From a virus (taxonomy: Duplodnaviria > Caudoviricetes), in IMG/VR virus record IMGVR_UViG_3300031820_000004, positions 1 through 56,082 of that record: a DNA stretch of 56,082 nt; one strand, given 5' to 3'. Shown here in pieces: positions 38,318-47,713 of this stretch. Both the position numbers and the translations under genes were made by a program. A model generated the notes under the pieces. That model saw nothing but the letters and a program-made list of their open reading frames with translations. It was not told the origin of the DNA and did not search any database. Numbering within the stretch: position 1 is the first letter of the stretch; every line of letters starts with the position of its first letter.

Positions 38318-39499
38318 TTGCCTGTTAACTACTTAACACGTCCCCAAACAGTTCGTCGCATCGTTAGGCGCCCTCCCCCTGTGGTGCCAGGGAGCCAGGG
38401 AGCCAGGGATGTTGCGCGTTATTCTGGCCAGTTAGGGGCTCTTTCTCGGCTAGGAGGCATGCAAGATGTGGGTTCTGGTTTAGGAGGCTTAGGCGGCTTG
38501 GCGAGTCTATACAACCTCTCTCAAGGCGGTGGAGGTTCTGGTGTTCAAAGGCTGGGTTCGTCTGCTGGGTCCCTTCAAGGCGTGTTAGGGGCTGGTCAGC
38601 AACTTGGGGCACTGCCTACTAGTGCAGGGCTAGGCATGGCTGGTTCAGCTCTCGGAGGCATTGGCGGGTTGGCCAGCCTCTACGGGCTAGCCTCAGGTAA
38701 TCAGAAACTCACCCCCATGAGCGCTTTGCAAGCGGCACAGGCAATTAAAGGTATCTATGGTGCCGCGCAAGCATTAAGTGGTGCGGGCGCCGCAGCAGGT
38801 ACAGGTGCCGCAACTGGGGCCGGTGCAGCTGCGGGTACGGGGGCCGCAGCAGGTACGGCCGGAACAGGTACGGGGGCCGCAACTGCGGGAATGGCGGGAG
38901 CTGGAGCTTTAGCCGCTCCTTTGCTAGGCGCGGCAATGATGTTTGGCCAGGACTGGAACGAAACTAACAGGACAATTGCGGGAGGAAGTAGAACCCTTCA
39001 ACGTCTAGCGGATGCGGGCGTTCCCCTCAAGGGCTTGTTGGAGTACTCCTTAGCTAATGTGCCGGATGTCAAAGCTACTCAACAGTCCATGGCCGAGAAT
39101 TACAACAAGTATCTTCAATCCATGGCTCCTGAGGCTCTGCTCAATAATCCTGATTTTTACAATCCTGCTAATTATGCTCGATTGGGAGGCAGTTCTCCAA
39201 CTTCCACCGCATCTTTTGACCCTCATAAGTTCCGAGAGTATCTCAGTCATTATCAAGGGGCTACAAATCTTCCCGGAGACATATACCGTGATGTTACAGG
39301 GGATGTTATCAATGCATCTAACGCGCTAGGCATAGGCTGGGCAAAGAATTTGTTGGAGAACAGGCAAAATGAAATCAGGAACGCCTTTAGTTCTCCCAGT
39401 GCGCAAAATCCTGAAATGATGGCTAACTTGCAGGCTATTTACCAGAAGAGGCTTAGTCAGGCGGGTTCTCCGCAGGCTTTTTATGATCGCAGCCCCTGA
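38318..39499 (+). CDS. Gly/Ala-rich internal virion protein
   Basis: GGAGG RBS; low-complexity GA segment; last gene of the late operon. Confidence 0.6.
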   Translation: MPVNYLTRPQTVRRIVRRPPPVVPGSQGARDVARYSGQLGALSRLGGMQDVGSGLGGLGGLASLYNLSQGGGGSGVQRLGSSAGSLQGVLGAGQQLGALPTSAGLGMAGSALGGIGGLASLYGLASGNQKLTPMSALQAAQAIKGIYGAAQALSGAGAAAGTGAATGAGAAAGTGAAAGTAGTGTGAATAGMAGAGALAAPLLGAAMMFGQDWNETNRTIAGGSRTLQRLADAGVPLKGLLEYSLANVPDVKATQQSMAENYNKYLQSMAPEALLNNPDFYNPANYARLGGSSPTSTASFDPHKFREYLSHYQGATNLPGDIYRDVTGDVINASNALGIGWAKNLLENRQNEIRNAFSSPSAQNPEMMANLQAIYQKRLSQAGSPQAFYDRSP

Positions 39500-39611
39500 G
39501 CTTCAGGTATGCAGGGATTTCCTGAGGAATCTTCACTATCTTCTTGATGTGGTTCGCGGAATGTAGGAGGTATCTAGCTCCTAAGTACTCCAACGCTTCT
39601 TGTAAGTTCAT
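39453..39611 (-). CDS. Small hypothetical protein
   Basis: 52 aa MNLQEALEYLGARYLLHSAN; read manually. Confidence 0.4.
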   Translation of the reverse strand: MNLQEALEYLGARYLLHSANHIKKIVKIPQEIPAYLKLRGCDHKKPAENPPD

Positions 39612-39631
39612 AGTAATCTCTAATTGTTTTA

Positions 39632-40039
39632 TTATTCGCCAATAGGACGAGATAAACGACCTTCTCTATATAGCTTAGTTTTGTAGTTGTATACGCTGGG
39701 TTTTGATGTCTTGGCATGCGGGAACTTCTCCTGCACAAGATTCAAGACATCCTCTGTAGCCAAGCCTCGCAGAAGCGCATCCTCTATCACTCCCCCGATT
39801 GTAATTTTTCCGGAAGATAAAGATTCAGGTAAGTTATTGCTTATTCTAGCATTAAGCTTGTTCTTTTTAGGTTTGTCCAAATCTTCCAAATTCTCCTCCA
39901 GAGCGCTCTTTACAATACCTAACTTCCTTCTCTGCGCAGCAGCAACATCTTTAGCTGATTTAACAGCCATTTTTAAATTCTTGATTTCTTGCTCAATAAC
40001 TACAATAGATTTCTCTAAGTCTTCCATAACATTTCTCAT
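39632..40039 (-). CDS. Hypothetical protein (coiled coil plus possible HTH-like C-terminus)
   Basis: Has its own candidate promoter TTGCAT-N17-CATTAT at 40062..40090. Confidence 0.6.
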   Translation of the reverse strand: MRNVMEDLEKSIVVIEQEIKNLKMAVKSAKDVAAAQRRKLGIVKSALEENLEDLDKPKKNKLNARISNNLPESLSSGKITIGGVIEDALLRGLATEDVLNLVQEKFPHAKTSKPSVYNYKTKLYREGRLSRPIGE

Positions 40040-40103
40040 TAAAAGTTAAATGATCATTTCGATAATGCCTTAATATTTTTATATATGCAAGGCAAATTGC
40101 ACT

Positions 40104-41465
40104 TCAATTATCCCAATAGCTTTTCAGGGCGTCGAAGAGTGCCTGCTGGCCTTTCTCTTTTCGGCGAAGCGCGGCTAATACTGCGTCATCCACAGTGTCT
40201 TTAGCCTTTATATGATACACAAATACCTTATCCTTCTGACCTTGGCGCCATACTCTGCGAATGAATTGGTCATAATACTCATAGTTCCAAGGGAGGCTGT
40301 GCCATATTACTGCCCTACCAGCTCCTTGCAAATTCAACCCATGGGCTATGCTGGCAGGATGTCCTAGCAAAATAGGCAGCTCTCCCCGATTCCACGCAGC
40401 TATATAGGCATTTGATTTAGCAGGGCTAACATCTCCGCCAATGTGAGGGGTGTCTTCTCCTAACGCCTGCTTTAATCGCGCTAAATCGTGCTTGAATTCG
40501 TAGGCTATCAAGGCGGGCTGTCCTTGGAGCTCATCTACTAAGTCTACAACGGCAGCTGTCTTTGCGTCATGTATATGCTCCCAAGATATTCCATCAGCGT
40601 GGTACACCCCTCCATTACAGATTTGCCGAACTTTCCCGCTTGCTACAGCTGCATTAGCCGCTAAGATTCTCCCCTTCTCAAAGTCCAATCTGAGTGTGGA
40701 CTCCATCTGTTTATAGATTTTTAGCGCCTTTGGAGGCAGGTCAACGGAGATGTCTATGGTGATTAATTCTGGGAGATCCAAATAGTCATCCGAATTGATT
40801 TGCAACACTCTCGGGGCGATTCTAGCGAAAATCTCATCCTCAGCATTTGGTTTAGGAATCCACAAATAGGGCGCTGGCTGGGAAAAATATTTCAGTCTAA
40901 AACCTGTCACATATGCTCCAAAAGATTCTCCTGTATCTATACAGTACATTTCTCCGAACAGGTCCATTAAACTGTTTGCCGCAGGGGACCCAGTTATCCC
41001 GTATCTCCGCTTAAATTTTGGTAGTAGTTTTCGCAGTAGTTTAAATCGCTGCGTACCCGTACTTTTGACCTTACTTAACTCATCAATAACCAGCATGTCC
41101 CAGGGCCATGTTTTAAGGTCTTGCTGAGCTAGCCAAGGGAGTGTGTCGTAATTACAGATTGTTACATCCTGAGTCCCCTTGAGGGCATCACACCTATTGT
41201 CTCCATGCATAATGCTCACAGAGAAATCTCTAAAATCGTCCCATTTAGCTATCTCTGGCCCCCATACTGAGTAACATGGACGGAGAGGTGCGAGGACTAG
41301 CAGGCGCTTGGCGAAGTTTAGGTTGCGCAATATCTTAAAAACTGCCAAGGTAACCGCAGATTTCCCTGCTCCAGGCGAGGCAAACAAACCTCCGTGCGCG
41401 CGTTCTATCAAGAACTGAACCGCCTTTTTCTGGTAGCCGTGCGGTTGGAACTTCATGTGAACCAT
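40104..41465 (-). CDS. SNF2-family helicase
   Basis: SPGAGKS, VIDELS, ITGSP, HGLNLQ and RVWRQGQ motifs. Confidence 0.9.
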   Translation of the reverse strand: MVHMKFQPHGYQKKAVQFLIERAHGGLFASPGAGKSAVTLAVFKILRNLNFAKRLLVLAPLRPCYSVWGPEIAKWDDFRDFSVSIMHGDNRCDALKGTQDVTICNYDTLPWLAQQDLKTWPWDMLVIDELSKVKSTGTQRFKLLRKLLPKFKRRYGITGSPAANSLMDLFGEMYCIDTGESFGAYVTGFRLKYFSQPAPYLWIPKPNAEDEIFARIAPRVLQINSDDYLDLPELITIDISVDLPPKALKIYKQMESTLRLDFEKGRILAANAAVASGKVRQICNGGVYHADGISWEHIHDAKTAAVVDLVDELQGQPALIAYEFKHDLARLKQALGEDTPHIGGDVSPAKSNAYIAAWNRGELPILLGHPASIAHGLNLQGAGRAVIWHSLPWNYEYYDQFIRRVWRQGQKDKVFVYHIKAKDTVDDAVLAALRRKEKGQQALFDALKSYWDN

Positions 41466-41734
41466 TCTTCCACAGCATACTTAGCTTCCTCGCAGCTATG
41501 CACCACGTCCGCTGCGAAGCCCGCTTCGCGAAGCTCATCTATCATAGCTTCCTGGCCTGGCGTAAGTTTTCCACCTTGCCGCTTGAACTCCAGGAAAAGG
41601 ACTTTGCCTTGGCCTAGAATCATCCTGTCGGGCCAATGTCTCTCGGAGAGTCCATTCATTTTACGGACAAGGAACCCCTCCTTCCGCGCCCAGCGGCAGA
41701 ATTTGGCTTCCTCGTCCTTCTCTAGAGGACCCAT
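41453..41734 (-). CDS. VRR-NUC nuclease
   Basis: WPDR...FLEFKR.GGKLT..Q motif; start adjusted to MGPLEKDEE. Confidence 0.85.
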   Translation of the reverse strand: MGPLEKDEEAKFCRWARKEGFLVRKMNGLSERHWPDRMILGQGKVLFLEFKRQGGKLTPGQEAMIDELREAGFAADVVHSCEEAKYAVEEWFT

Positions 41735-41930
41735 AGTCCTACCAGAATATAAATCACAGCAAAAATCAGCATCCCAAGAGATATCCCGAGACACAGCTTT
41801 TCCCACCAAGGGTACTCTTCTTCCCAACTCCACTTGACATGCCCGCACGCCTCACATTTTTTGTAGGTGTCAGACAAGTCCACAAGTCGATGAAAACCTA
41901 AGCTACATAGTAAATTCTTCACACTGCCTC

Positions 41931-42539
41931 CTATCCAATTTGTCGCGCCACATTCAAAAACCCATGGAGATTTCTCGGGTCCCGCAACTGTCGGCCTTCA
42001 CTCGACATAGTTTTGAACAGCATGACGGTTAGCCATACATCTCTGAGGCAGTAATCTACCAGTTCTCCATACTTCCCAACCTGGAATAACAGAGGTGCAA
42101 ATGCGCCGTTACCAATCTTCTTTTCTCCGAAATTGGCTTCGCACAGACTATCCAGACTGAATCCCGCATGACTTTTAGATTTGTATTGAGGCTCTAACCC
42201 TGCAGCTAACCAGGATTCTCTGAGAGTGTCATAACACTTGCTCTCCGGGATCACTAACCCTTCACATTTCAACAGCTCATTGTCAAACGCGAGTATGTTG
42301 TGCCCCACCACTAAATCCGCATCTCGCAACAATTTCTTCAAACTTTCCAGGTTGTCCTTAAAGAAGACTCTATACTGAGGAATGGTCCACGTACTCGATA
42401 ACACGCAGGCCGCAGCACAAGCGACGCCCATGTTTGACTTGTCTCCCCAGCCCTCGCAGTAATCAAATACAGGCAATTTAGGTTCGTCCCTACTAGGTAT
42501 AGCTAAGGCGATTTCCACGTCATATACAACTATCTCCAT
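41931..42539 (-). CDS. RNase H-like (DEDDy) 3'-5' exonuclease domain protein
   Basis: YDVE, GHNILAFD and YCLRDV motifs. Confidence 0.8.
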   Translation of the reverse strand: MEIVVYDVEIALAIPSRDEPKLPVFDYCEGWGDKSNMGVACAAACVLSSTWTIPQYRVFFKDNLESLKKLLRDADLVVGHNILAFDNELLKCEGLVIPESKCYDTLRESWLAAGLEPQYKSKSHAGFSLDSLCEANFGEKKIGNGAFAPLLFQVGKYGELVDYCLRDVWLTVMLFKTMSSEGRQLRDPRNLHGFLNVARQIG

Positions 42540-42569
42540 AAATTCCCTTTCAACAGTGTTAAGTTCACC

Positions 42570-43244
42570 TCAATGTTCACAAGGTCCGCCTTTGTCTTTG
42601 GAATAGCTGCACCATTTACAACGAATTCCCGGCTTGGGTCGGTAGGCAGTATCTGAAAGCATAGGTCTCACCATCAATTCCCATTTCTTTTTTAGGCTAG
42701 GCTCATCCTTGCGATGAAACGACTCTTCAGCAGGTATCGCCACGCCGTGATCTACAAAAAGAAGCTCTGCATCAGCCTTTTCAGCTATCGGATACGCCAA
42801 CAATCCCGCCAAACCGTACAACATCAACTGTTCACCATACGCACCTCGATCCTTGAGCTTCCCAGTTTTGAAGTCCACGATTTTAACCACTTCGTTTTTG
42901 CCAATAACTGGAGGAATAAGTACATCTATCTTGACGCGGCACCAAGCCTCTTTAGAAAACCACTGTGTAGGCTCCCATGTTCTATTGAATGCCAGGGAAA
43001 GCTCCACCTGAGGATTCGCGCCTCTAAGTACTTTACAATCTTGAGCGATCAATTTTGCTTCATGGGGTAAAGAGCCTCCCTTAGTTAAATAGTGTTCTAA
43101 TTTTTTGTGAATCTCATCCCCTCTAGCAAGGGCAGGTCCTTGTTCCTCAGGCAATCGATCAATGTGTTTATATCGGAATTTGGCGGGGCATTCTTCATAG
43201 AGTGCCCACCTGCTATAGGACCATGCTGAGACTTTATTTGTCAT
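42570..43244 (-). CDS. PD-(D/E)xK exonuclease (RecB/Cas4-like with Cys cluster)
   Basis: WSYS..CP, KID, DFKTG, QL..Y and CKWC..C motifs. Confidence 0.85.
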   Translation of the reverse strand: MTNKVSAWSYSRWALYEECPAKFRYKHIDRLPEEQGPALARGDEIHKKLEHYLTKGGSLPHEAKLIAQDCKVLRGANPQVELSLAFNRTWEPTQWFSKEAWCRVKIDVLIPPVIGKNEVVKIVDFKTGKLKDRGAYGEQLMLYGLAGLLAYPIAEKADAELLFVDHGVAIPAEESFHRKDEPSLKKKWELMVRPMLSDTAYRPKPGIRCKWCSYSKDKGGPCEH

Positions 43245-43409
43245 TCCAATTTTCCACCTTTATTTTTAGCATTCTGAAAAACCCTATGAAAGCCCCTAAA
43301 CAGAGCAGAAAATAAAATGCATCTTTGAGTAAAATGATACTTATCACCATCCCCACTAAAAGCACAGCATTAACAAAAAACAACACCCCTATAATTCTCA
43401 GTTTTTTGT

Positions 43410-45245
43410 TCACACAGCCTCCATGTCTCCCCAGTTATATCCCACTTCCGTATCGCTCAGAATGGGAACCCCGAACCCCGGCACTTCCTCCATTGCCCAT
43501 TTCAACAGCTTTATCGCTTTCTCTCTCCCCTTTTCGGGGGCACTAATTAACAATTCATCATGTACTTGGAGCAGCAATTTTTCTTCTTCCGCTCGTTCTG
43601 AAAATCTCAACATAGCTTGTTTAGTCATGTCGGCCGCCGTACCTTGGCACAAAATGTTGAGCAGCTTGTAGGAAAATTCTCTCAGTTGGCCTTTCACTAT
43701 CCTAGGAGGTTCTGCGAAATACACTCGTCCGCCCCACGTACGCACAGAACACCCACTCTTACCTCTAGACTTTAGATCTGCCATTATTTCTTTGATCCCG
43801 GGGAATGCTGAAAGAAATGCGCCCTTGAAGCTTGTTGCTTCTGCGTATGTACACCCTAGTTTCTCCGCCAATTGCGTTAACCCTAACCCATAAATAACCG
43901 CCAAAAGGATTACCTTTACCTTCTTACGATCCAAGGACACCCCTGCAATTTTTTGCATGACTTCCATAGCGTAGATATAAACGTCCATATCAGGGGTCTG
44001 CCGGTAACCTCTAGCCAACACATCATCCTCGAAATGCGCCAAGCTTCGGGGCTCTTGTTGCGCGAAGTCCGCTCCGACCAGGATTCGTTTGTGTTCAGCT
44101 ATGACGTAACGTCTTACTCTTGGGAGGGCAGGCAATTTTAGCTTTAAGACAGCTACACCCTTTTCGGCTTTGGCCAGCGTTTCCGAAGCAAAGAGTGTCT
44201 GCAAATTACAGGGGTTCGAGGAACTCAGCCTCCCTGTACGCGTGCCGCCTCCTTCAGGCTGCTTAGTGCTATTCCATTGCGTATAAATCCTGCCTCCCGA
44301 CTCTTCAGCCATAGGTAACCACTTTCTCATGAACGTGTTGAGGCACGTAGCCAAGGTCCCCCGATACTCCAAAAGTGCTAAGAGCGTCGCATCTGTTAAG
44401 GCTAATTTAAGATTTTCTTTGGAGGTGCTACGTTTCCCTATGGGGGTAAGGACCCAATCTTTCGCCTTTCCGGCTTTATCTACAGCTTCCGCAAGGTCCT
44501 CATTGCTATCGATGTTCAGATTTTTCGTTTTTAGCCTTTTACATATCCGCGCATCCAGGGATTCCAGAACCCTCCCGTAACGCTGTACGTCCAGACTAAG
44601 TTTTTCCGTGTCCACATGCAGACCTTCACGCTCCATCTTTAGCAGTATGGGGATTAAACGCATTTCCACTTCATACGCCTGCTGCATGCCTGCGTGTATT
44701 ACTAGAGGGTGCAATTTATTGAACAGTGCGCTTGTGTACTCCACATCCGCCATAGCGTAGGACGCTACCAGGTTCCCCGGAGCCTGTGATATCCAGGCTC
44801 CCCAATTACTTCGGGCATGTCTCGCCTCAGGGACATTCTCAATTACCCAATCTCGCAACACGTCTCGTTCCGCAGGAGCTCTCCCCAACAACTTAGGACC
44901 TACTATCTTCAGCGCCAAATCTCTCTGATGCGGATCGTGTAAGAACGCCAAGACCATAGTGTCATGCAACAGAGCGTAAGGTGGAGGCTGTAGTTTGAAG
45001 TGCGTTCCCGCCACATCCACATCGAACTTGGCGTTGTGGAATACTACCCCGCCAGGGTGAGCATAGGCTCTAGCCAACTCAAGGACTGCACAATCCCTTT
45101 CGCAGTTATTCCCAGAAGGGTGCCCGAACGCTAGATATCTGGAAGGTTCTCCAGGCCACTGTATCGCCAGACCTACAGGCTTAGGTGGGTAGTGCGGACG
45201 GGTATCTATCTTCTCGGTTTCGAAGTCTAGAGCTACAGGAGGCAT
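43410..45245 (-). CDS. DNA polymerase family A
   Basis: ExoI LDFET, HNAKFD, TGRLSS, motif A DFAQQEPR, motif B RKKVKVILLAVIYG, motif C VHDEL. Confidence 0.95.
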   Translation of the reverse strand: MPPVALDFETEKIDTRPHYPPKPVGLAIQWPGEPSRYLAFGHPSGNNCERDCAVLELARAYAHPGGVVFHNAKFDVDVAGTHFKLQPPPYALLHDTMVLAFLHDPHQRDLALKIVGPKLLGRAPAERDVLRDWVIENVPEARHARSNWGAWISQAPGNLVASYAMADVEYTSALFNKLHPLVIHAGMQQAYEVEMRLIPILLKMEREGLHVDTEKLSLDVQRYGRVLESLDARICKRLKTKNLNIDSNEDLAEAVDKAGKAKDWVLTPIGKRSTSKENLKLALTDATLLALLEYRGTLATCLNTFMRKWLPMAEESGGRIYTQWNSTKQPEGGGTRTGRLSSSNPCNLQTLFASETLAKAEKGVAVLKLKLPALPRVRRYVIAEHKRILVGADFAQQEPRSLAHFEDDVLARGYRQTPDMDVYIYAMEVMQKIAGVSLDRKKVKVILLAVIYGLGLTQLAEKLGCTYAEATSFKGAFLSAFPGIKEIMADLKSRGKSGCSVRTWGGRVYFAEPPRIVKGQLREFSYKLLNILCQGTAADMTKQAMLRFSERAEEEKLLLQVHDELLISAPEKGREKAIKLLKWAMEEVPGFGVPILSDTEVGYNWGDMEAV

Positions 45246-45535
45246 TCCGCAGCTTTCTTTTCCTGTGGAACGTCCACCAACTTCGGCTCAGTTGAGAACT
45301 GAAAGCGCCCTTCATACTTTACTTCTTCGTTATGTACATGCAGGGCATCGATTTCTGTTACTACAGGAGCCCTTAGATTCTGGGTTTCCAGTCCTTCGGA
45401 TAGCTGGCTATCCAGCAGTTCCAACATCGCACTCAACTTAACTTTGTCTGAGCTTCTGCCTTTTGCGCATATATGCCAAGAATCTTTTCCATCTACCGTA
45501 GTGTTGTATATGAATAGCTGAATGGCTACACTCAT
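45233..45535 (-). CDS. Hypothetical protein
   Basis: AAGGA RBS; within the replication operon. Confidence 0.55.
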   Translation of the reverse strand: MSVAIQLFIYNTTVDGKDSWHICAKGRSSDKVKLSAMLELLDSQLSEGLETQNLRAPVVTEIDALHVHNEEVKYEGRFQFSTEPKLVDVPQEKKAAECLL

Positions 45536-45537
45536 TG

Positions 45538-45876
45538 TTATTCCTTAAATTTTATGAGGCGTCCGGACATTCCTGTACGAGTATCCACTATGGGTATGGA
45601 TATCCATTTGTTTTCGAGCTGTTCAGGTTGTGTGGGAGAATCTTTTTTCTCCGAGACGTTCTTAATAGGACGTTCTCCAGAGATGTACATTTCCAACTGC
45701 CGATCAAACTGAATAGGGAGCTTCATCTTTATACGCGCAAAGCGCACCAACCTTCTTAGCACGTTCGCATTTACACCTAGCTTTCTCGTTAACATGTGCA
45801 CGTGCCCATCCCCTGCACGTATTATCGTCATCAGAGGATCCACCATGACGCAATAATCATACAGCTTCCTACCCAT
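45538..45876 (-). CDS. Hypothetical protein
   Basis: Coupled ORF in the replication operon. Confidence 0.55.
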   Translation of the reverse strand: MGRKLYDYCVMVDPLMTIIRAGDGHVHMLTRKLGVNANVLRRLVRFARIKMKLPIQFDRQLEMYISGERPIKNVSEKKDSPTQPEQLENKWISIPIVDTRTGMSGRLIKFKE

Positions 45877-46706
45877 CAGTATTTTCGCTTCTTAGTTGGT
45901 TCTGGTGTCTTATCGGGTTTCTCTTTGTTGTCAGGGTACGGGCGGACTAACAAGTCCTTGGCTTCGTTCCTTCTAGACAATACCGCTCCAATCAAGTCTT
46001 GAGTCAAATCAGACTTATGCTCCAATGTCACTCGAAATTGGCTTTTAGCGTCTGGAATCGTACTTATAGTGGTCACGACTCCCATTGGGGGTCTTTTTCG
46101 GAGAGTGGAAACCAGTCGGACATACTGTGCCCAATTTTTTACGCTCATTACGGGCAATTTCGCTATAGCGAAATCCGCCTTTGCTAACGTCTCAGGGGAT
46201 ACTGGTTCCGCAGGGAGTAATGCCAACCTACGTATATTTTTACACGCTTTACCTTTTCCGTTTACATCAGAACCGAACTTGTTCCATTCACACTCCGCGC
46301 ACGACTGCGCCTGAGGTTGCGGCGCATCAGGATGCGGCGCCATTTTTTTCGCGTCATTCCCAAATGCGTAACAACTAGGACTTACAGGGGAATCTCTATC
46401 GTACTGCTCAGGGTAGTAACAATTTTCTATTACGGAATCCACCACTACTACATGTAGCTTATTCCCAGCTACAGGATTTCCTGCGTAACTTATTTGTCCT
46501 GCACTGAAGGAGATGAAAGCCCCTGCGGCTACAGATTCCTCCTGCTCCAAAGCAGCCTGGGCGTACGCCGTCATTTGATCTTCCCAAGTAACGGGGAGTT
46601 GAGGCTCCTTAGTTGTCGAAATACTAGTTTCCTGCGGTTTAAGTTCTTTCATGTCCAGATCCTTATAAATTGAAGTGCCCCTGTTTGGACGTGCCGCAGG
46701 GGCCAC
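45876..46706 (-). CDS. Replication protein, possible ssDNA-binding (Cys-containing); true start probably downstream at MKELK
   Basis: CYA...CAECEWNKFGS...GKGKAC motif; lies upstream of the PolA gene. Confidence 0.55.
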   Translation of the reverse strand: MAPAARPNRGTSIYKDLDMKELKPQETSISTTKEPQLPVTWEDQMTAYAQAALEQEESVAAGAFISFSAGQISYAGNPVAGNKLHVVVVDSVIENCYYPEQYDRDSPVSPSCYAFGNDAKKMAPHPDAPQPQAQSCAECEWNKFGSDVNGKGKACKNIRRLALLPAEPVSPETLAKADFAIAKLPVMSVKNWAQYVRLVSTLRKRPPMGVVTTISTIPDAKSQFRVTLEHKSDLTQDLIGAVLSRRNEAKDLLVRPYPDNKEKPDKTPEPTKKRKY

Positions 46707-46716
46707 GCGGCGTTAT

Positions 46717-46938
46717 CTACAAGCTAGGGGGTCTTGTATCGTCCTCTAAATATTTCTGCATTTGCAGCGCCGTCGTCTTATTTACTAGCAGTATCCTCCC
46801 GTCAATCCAAGTTTTTGAGTACGTCAATAATGCCCCTGGCGATTCATAAGTACTAATCCACCTCCTTTCTCGTAGATACGCATCGCGAAGAACTTCCAAA
46901 TCATCCTCCATGTCAAGAAGGTCCATACGAGTTACCAT
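46717..46938 (-). CDS. Hypothetical protein
   Basis: Short ORF in the operon. Confidence 0.5.
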   Translation of the reverse strand: MVTRMDLLDMEDDLEVLRDAYLRERRWISTYESPGALLTYSKTWIDGRILLVNKTTALQMQKYLEDDTRPPSL

Positions 46939-46941
46939 GAC

Positions 46942-47340
46942 TTACCCTTTCGTGATCGAATACGTAGGAACAAAACGTACCTCCACGCCCGGCACAGTCT
47001 TACCCGCATCCACCCGTTCTTGCCAGGCTTCTGCGCCTATGCGTTTGTGCAATAATTCGAAAGCGTTGTATTTCTTGACATATGCGTAGAATTTATCCCA
47101 GTTAGTGACTTGCGGAACAGGTTTCGATGAAAACGAAAAGTTAGCCTTAGTACCTCTAGCTGCCTTCAATCCTTGATCTTCCAGCATCTGGACTAGCTGC
47201 TCGCGTATGCTGGACTCTTGTTCTTTGAGCATCTCTGCATATTTTTCTGCTTCCAGACGTTTCGAGCGAATATTCCATAGTAAGTCTATAGCCTCACCAG
47301 AAGTTTTTGGCACACTTAATTTTTCAGTCTCCGTAACCAT
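46942..47340 (-). CDS. Conserved-type phage replication-module protein
   Basis: Coiled coil plus VTNWDKFYAY...LLHKRI...VPGV; AAGGAG RBS. Confidence 0.7.
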   Translation of the reverse strand: MVTETEKLSVPKTSGEAIDLLWNIRSKRLEAEKYAEMLKEQESSIREQLVQMLEDQGLKAARGTKANFSFSSKPVPQVTNWDKFYAYVKKYNAFELLHKRIGAEAWQERVDAGKTVPGVEVRFVPTYSITKG

Positions 47341-47383
47341 AGCTGAGCTCCTTGCATGTTAGATGTTCGTCACTACAAATATA

Positions 47384-47412
47384 ACTATACTCCAAACTTT
47401 TATAGAACGCAA
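47384..47412 (-). promoter_or_regulatory. sigma70-like promoter of the replication operon
   Basis: TTGCGT-N17-TATAGT with an A-rich upstream element. Confidence 0.7.
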
Positions 47413-47421
47413 ATATTTTTA

Positions 47422-47667
47422 TTAGACATCTTTCACAGGTAACACCTCGTGCACTAAAGGCGCACTATCCGTCCACACGCCCCGTACTTTCACATATTTT
47501 CCTGTAGGAGACCACTCATCTATCACGAGTTCCTCCAGTTGCGACGTGTAAGCTTGCATGCGCCCGATGAACCGAGTGCCTGTGACGTGGACTTTATAGT
47601 CCGCTATGACGTACTCATCAGTTAAAGGTTTGTCCTCATTCATATTTAACAAGTCATTCTCATTCAT
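47422..47667 (-). CDS. Hypothetical protein
   Basis: AAGGAG RBS; EWSPTGKYVKV motif. Confidence 0.65.
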   Translation of the reverse strand: MNENDLLNMNEDKPLTDEYVIADYKVHVTGTRFIGRMQAYTSQLEELVIDEWSPTGKYVKVRGVWTDSAPLVHEVLPVKDV

Positions 47668-47713
47668 CAGTACGCTCCTTTGAAGAATCTCATAACTATG
47701 GCTTTTCCCAGGT

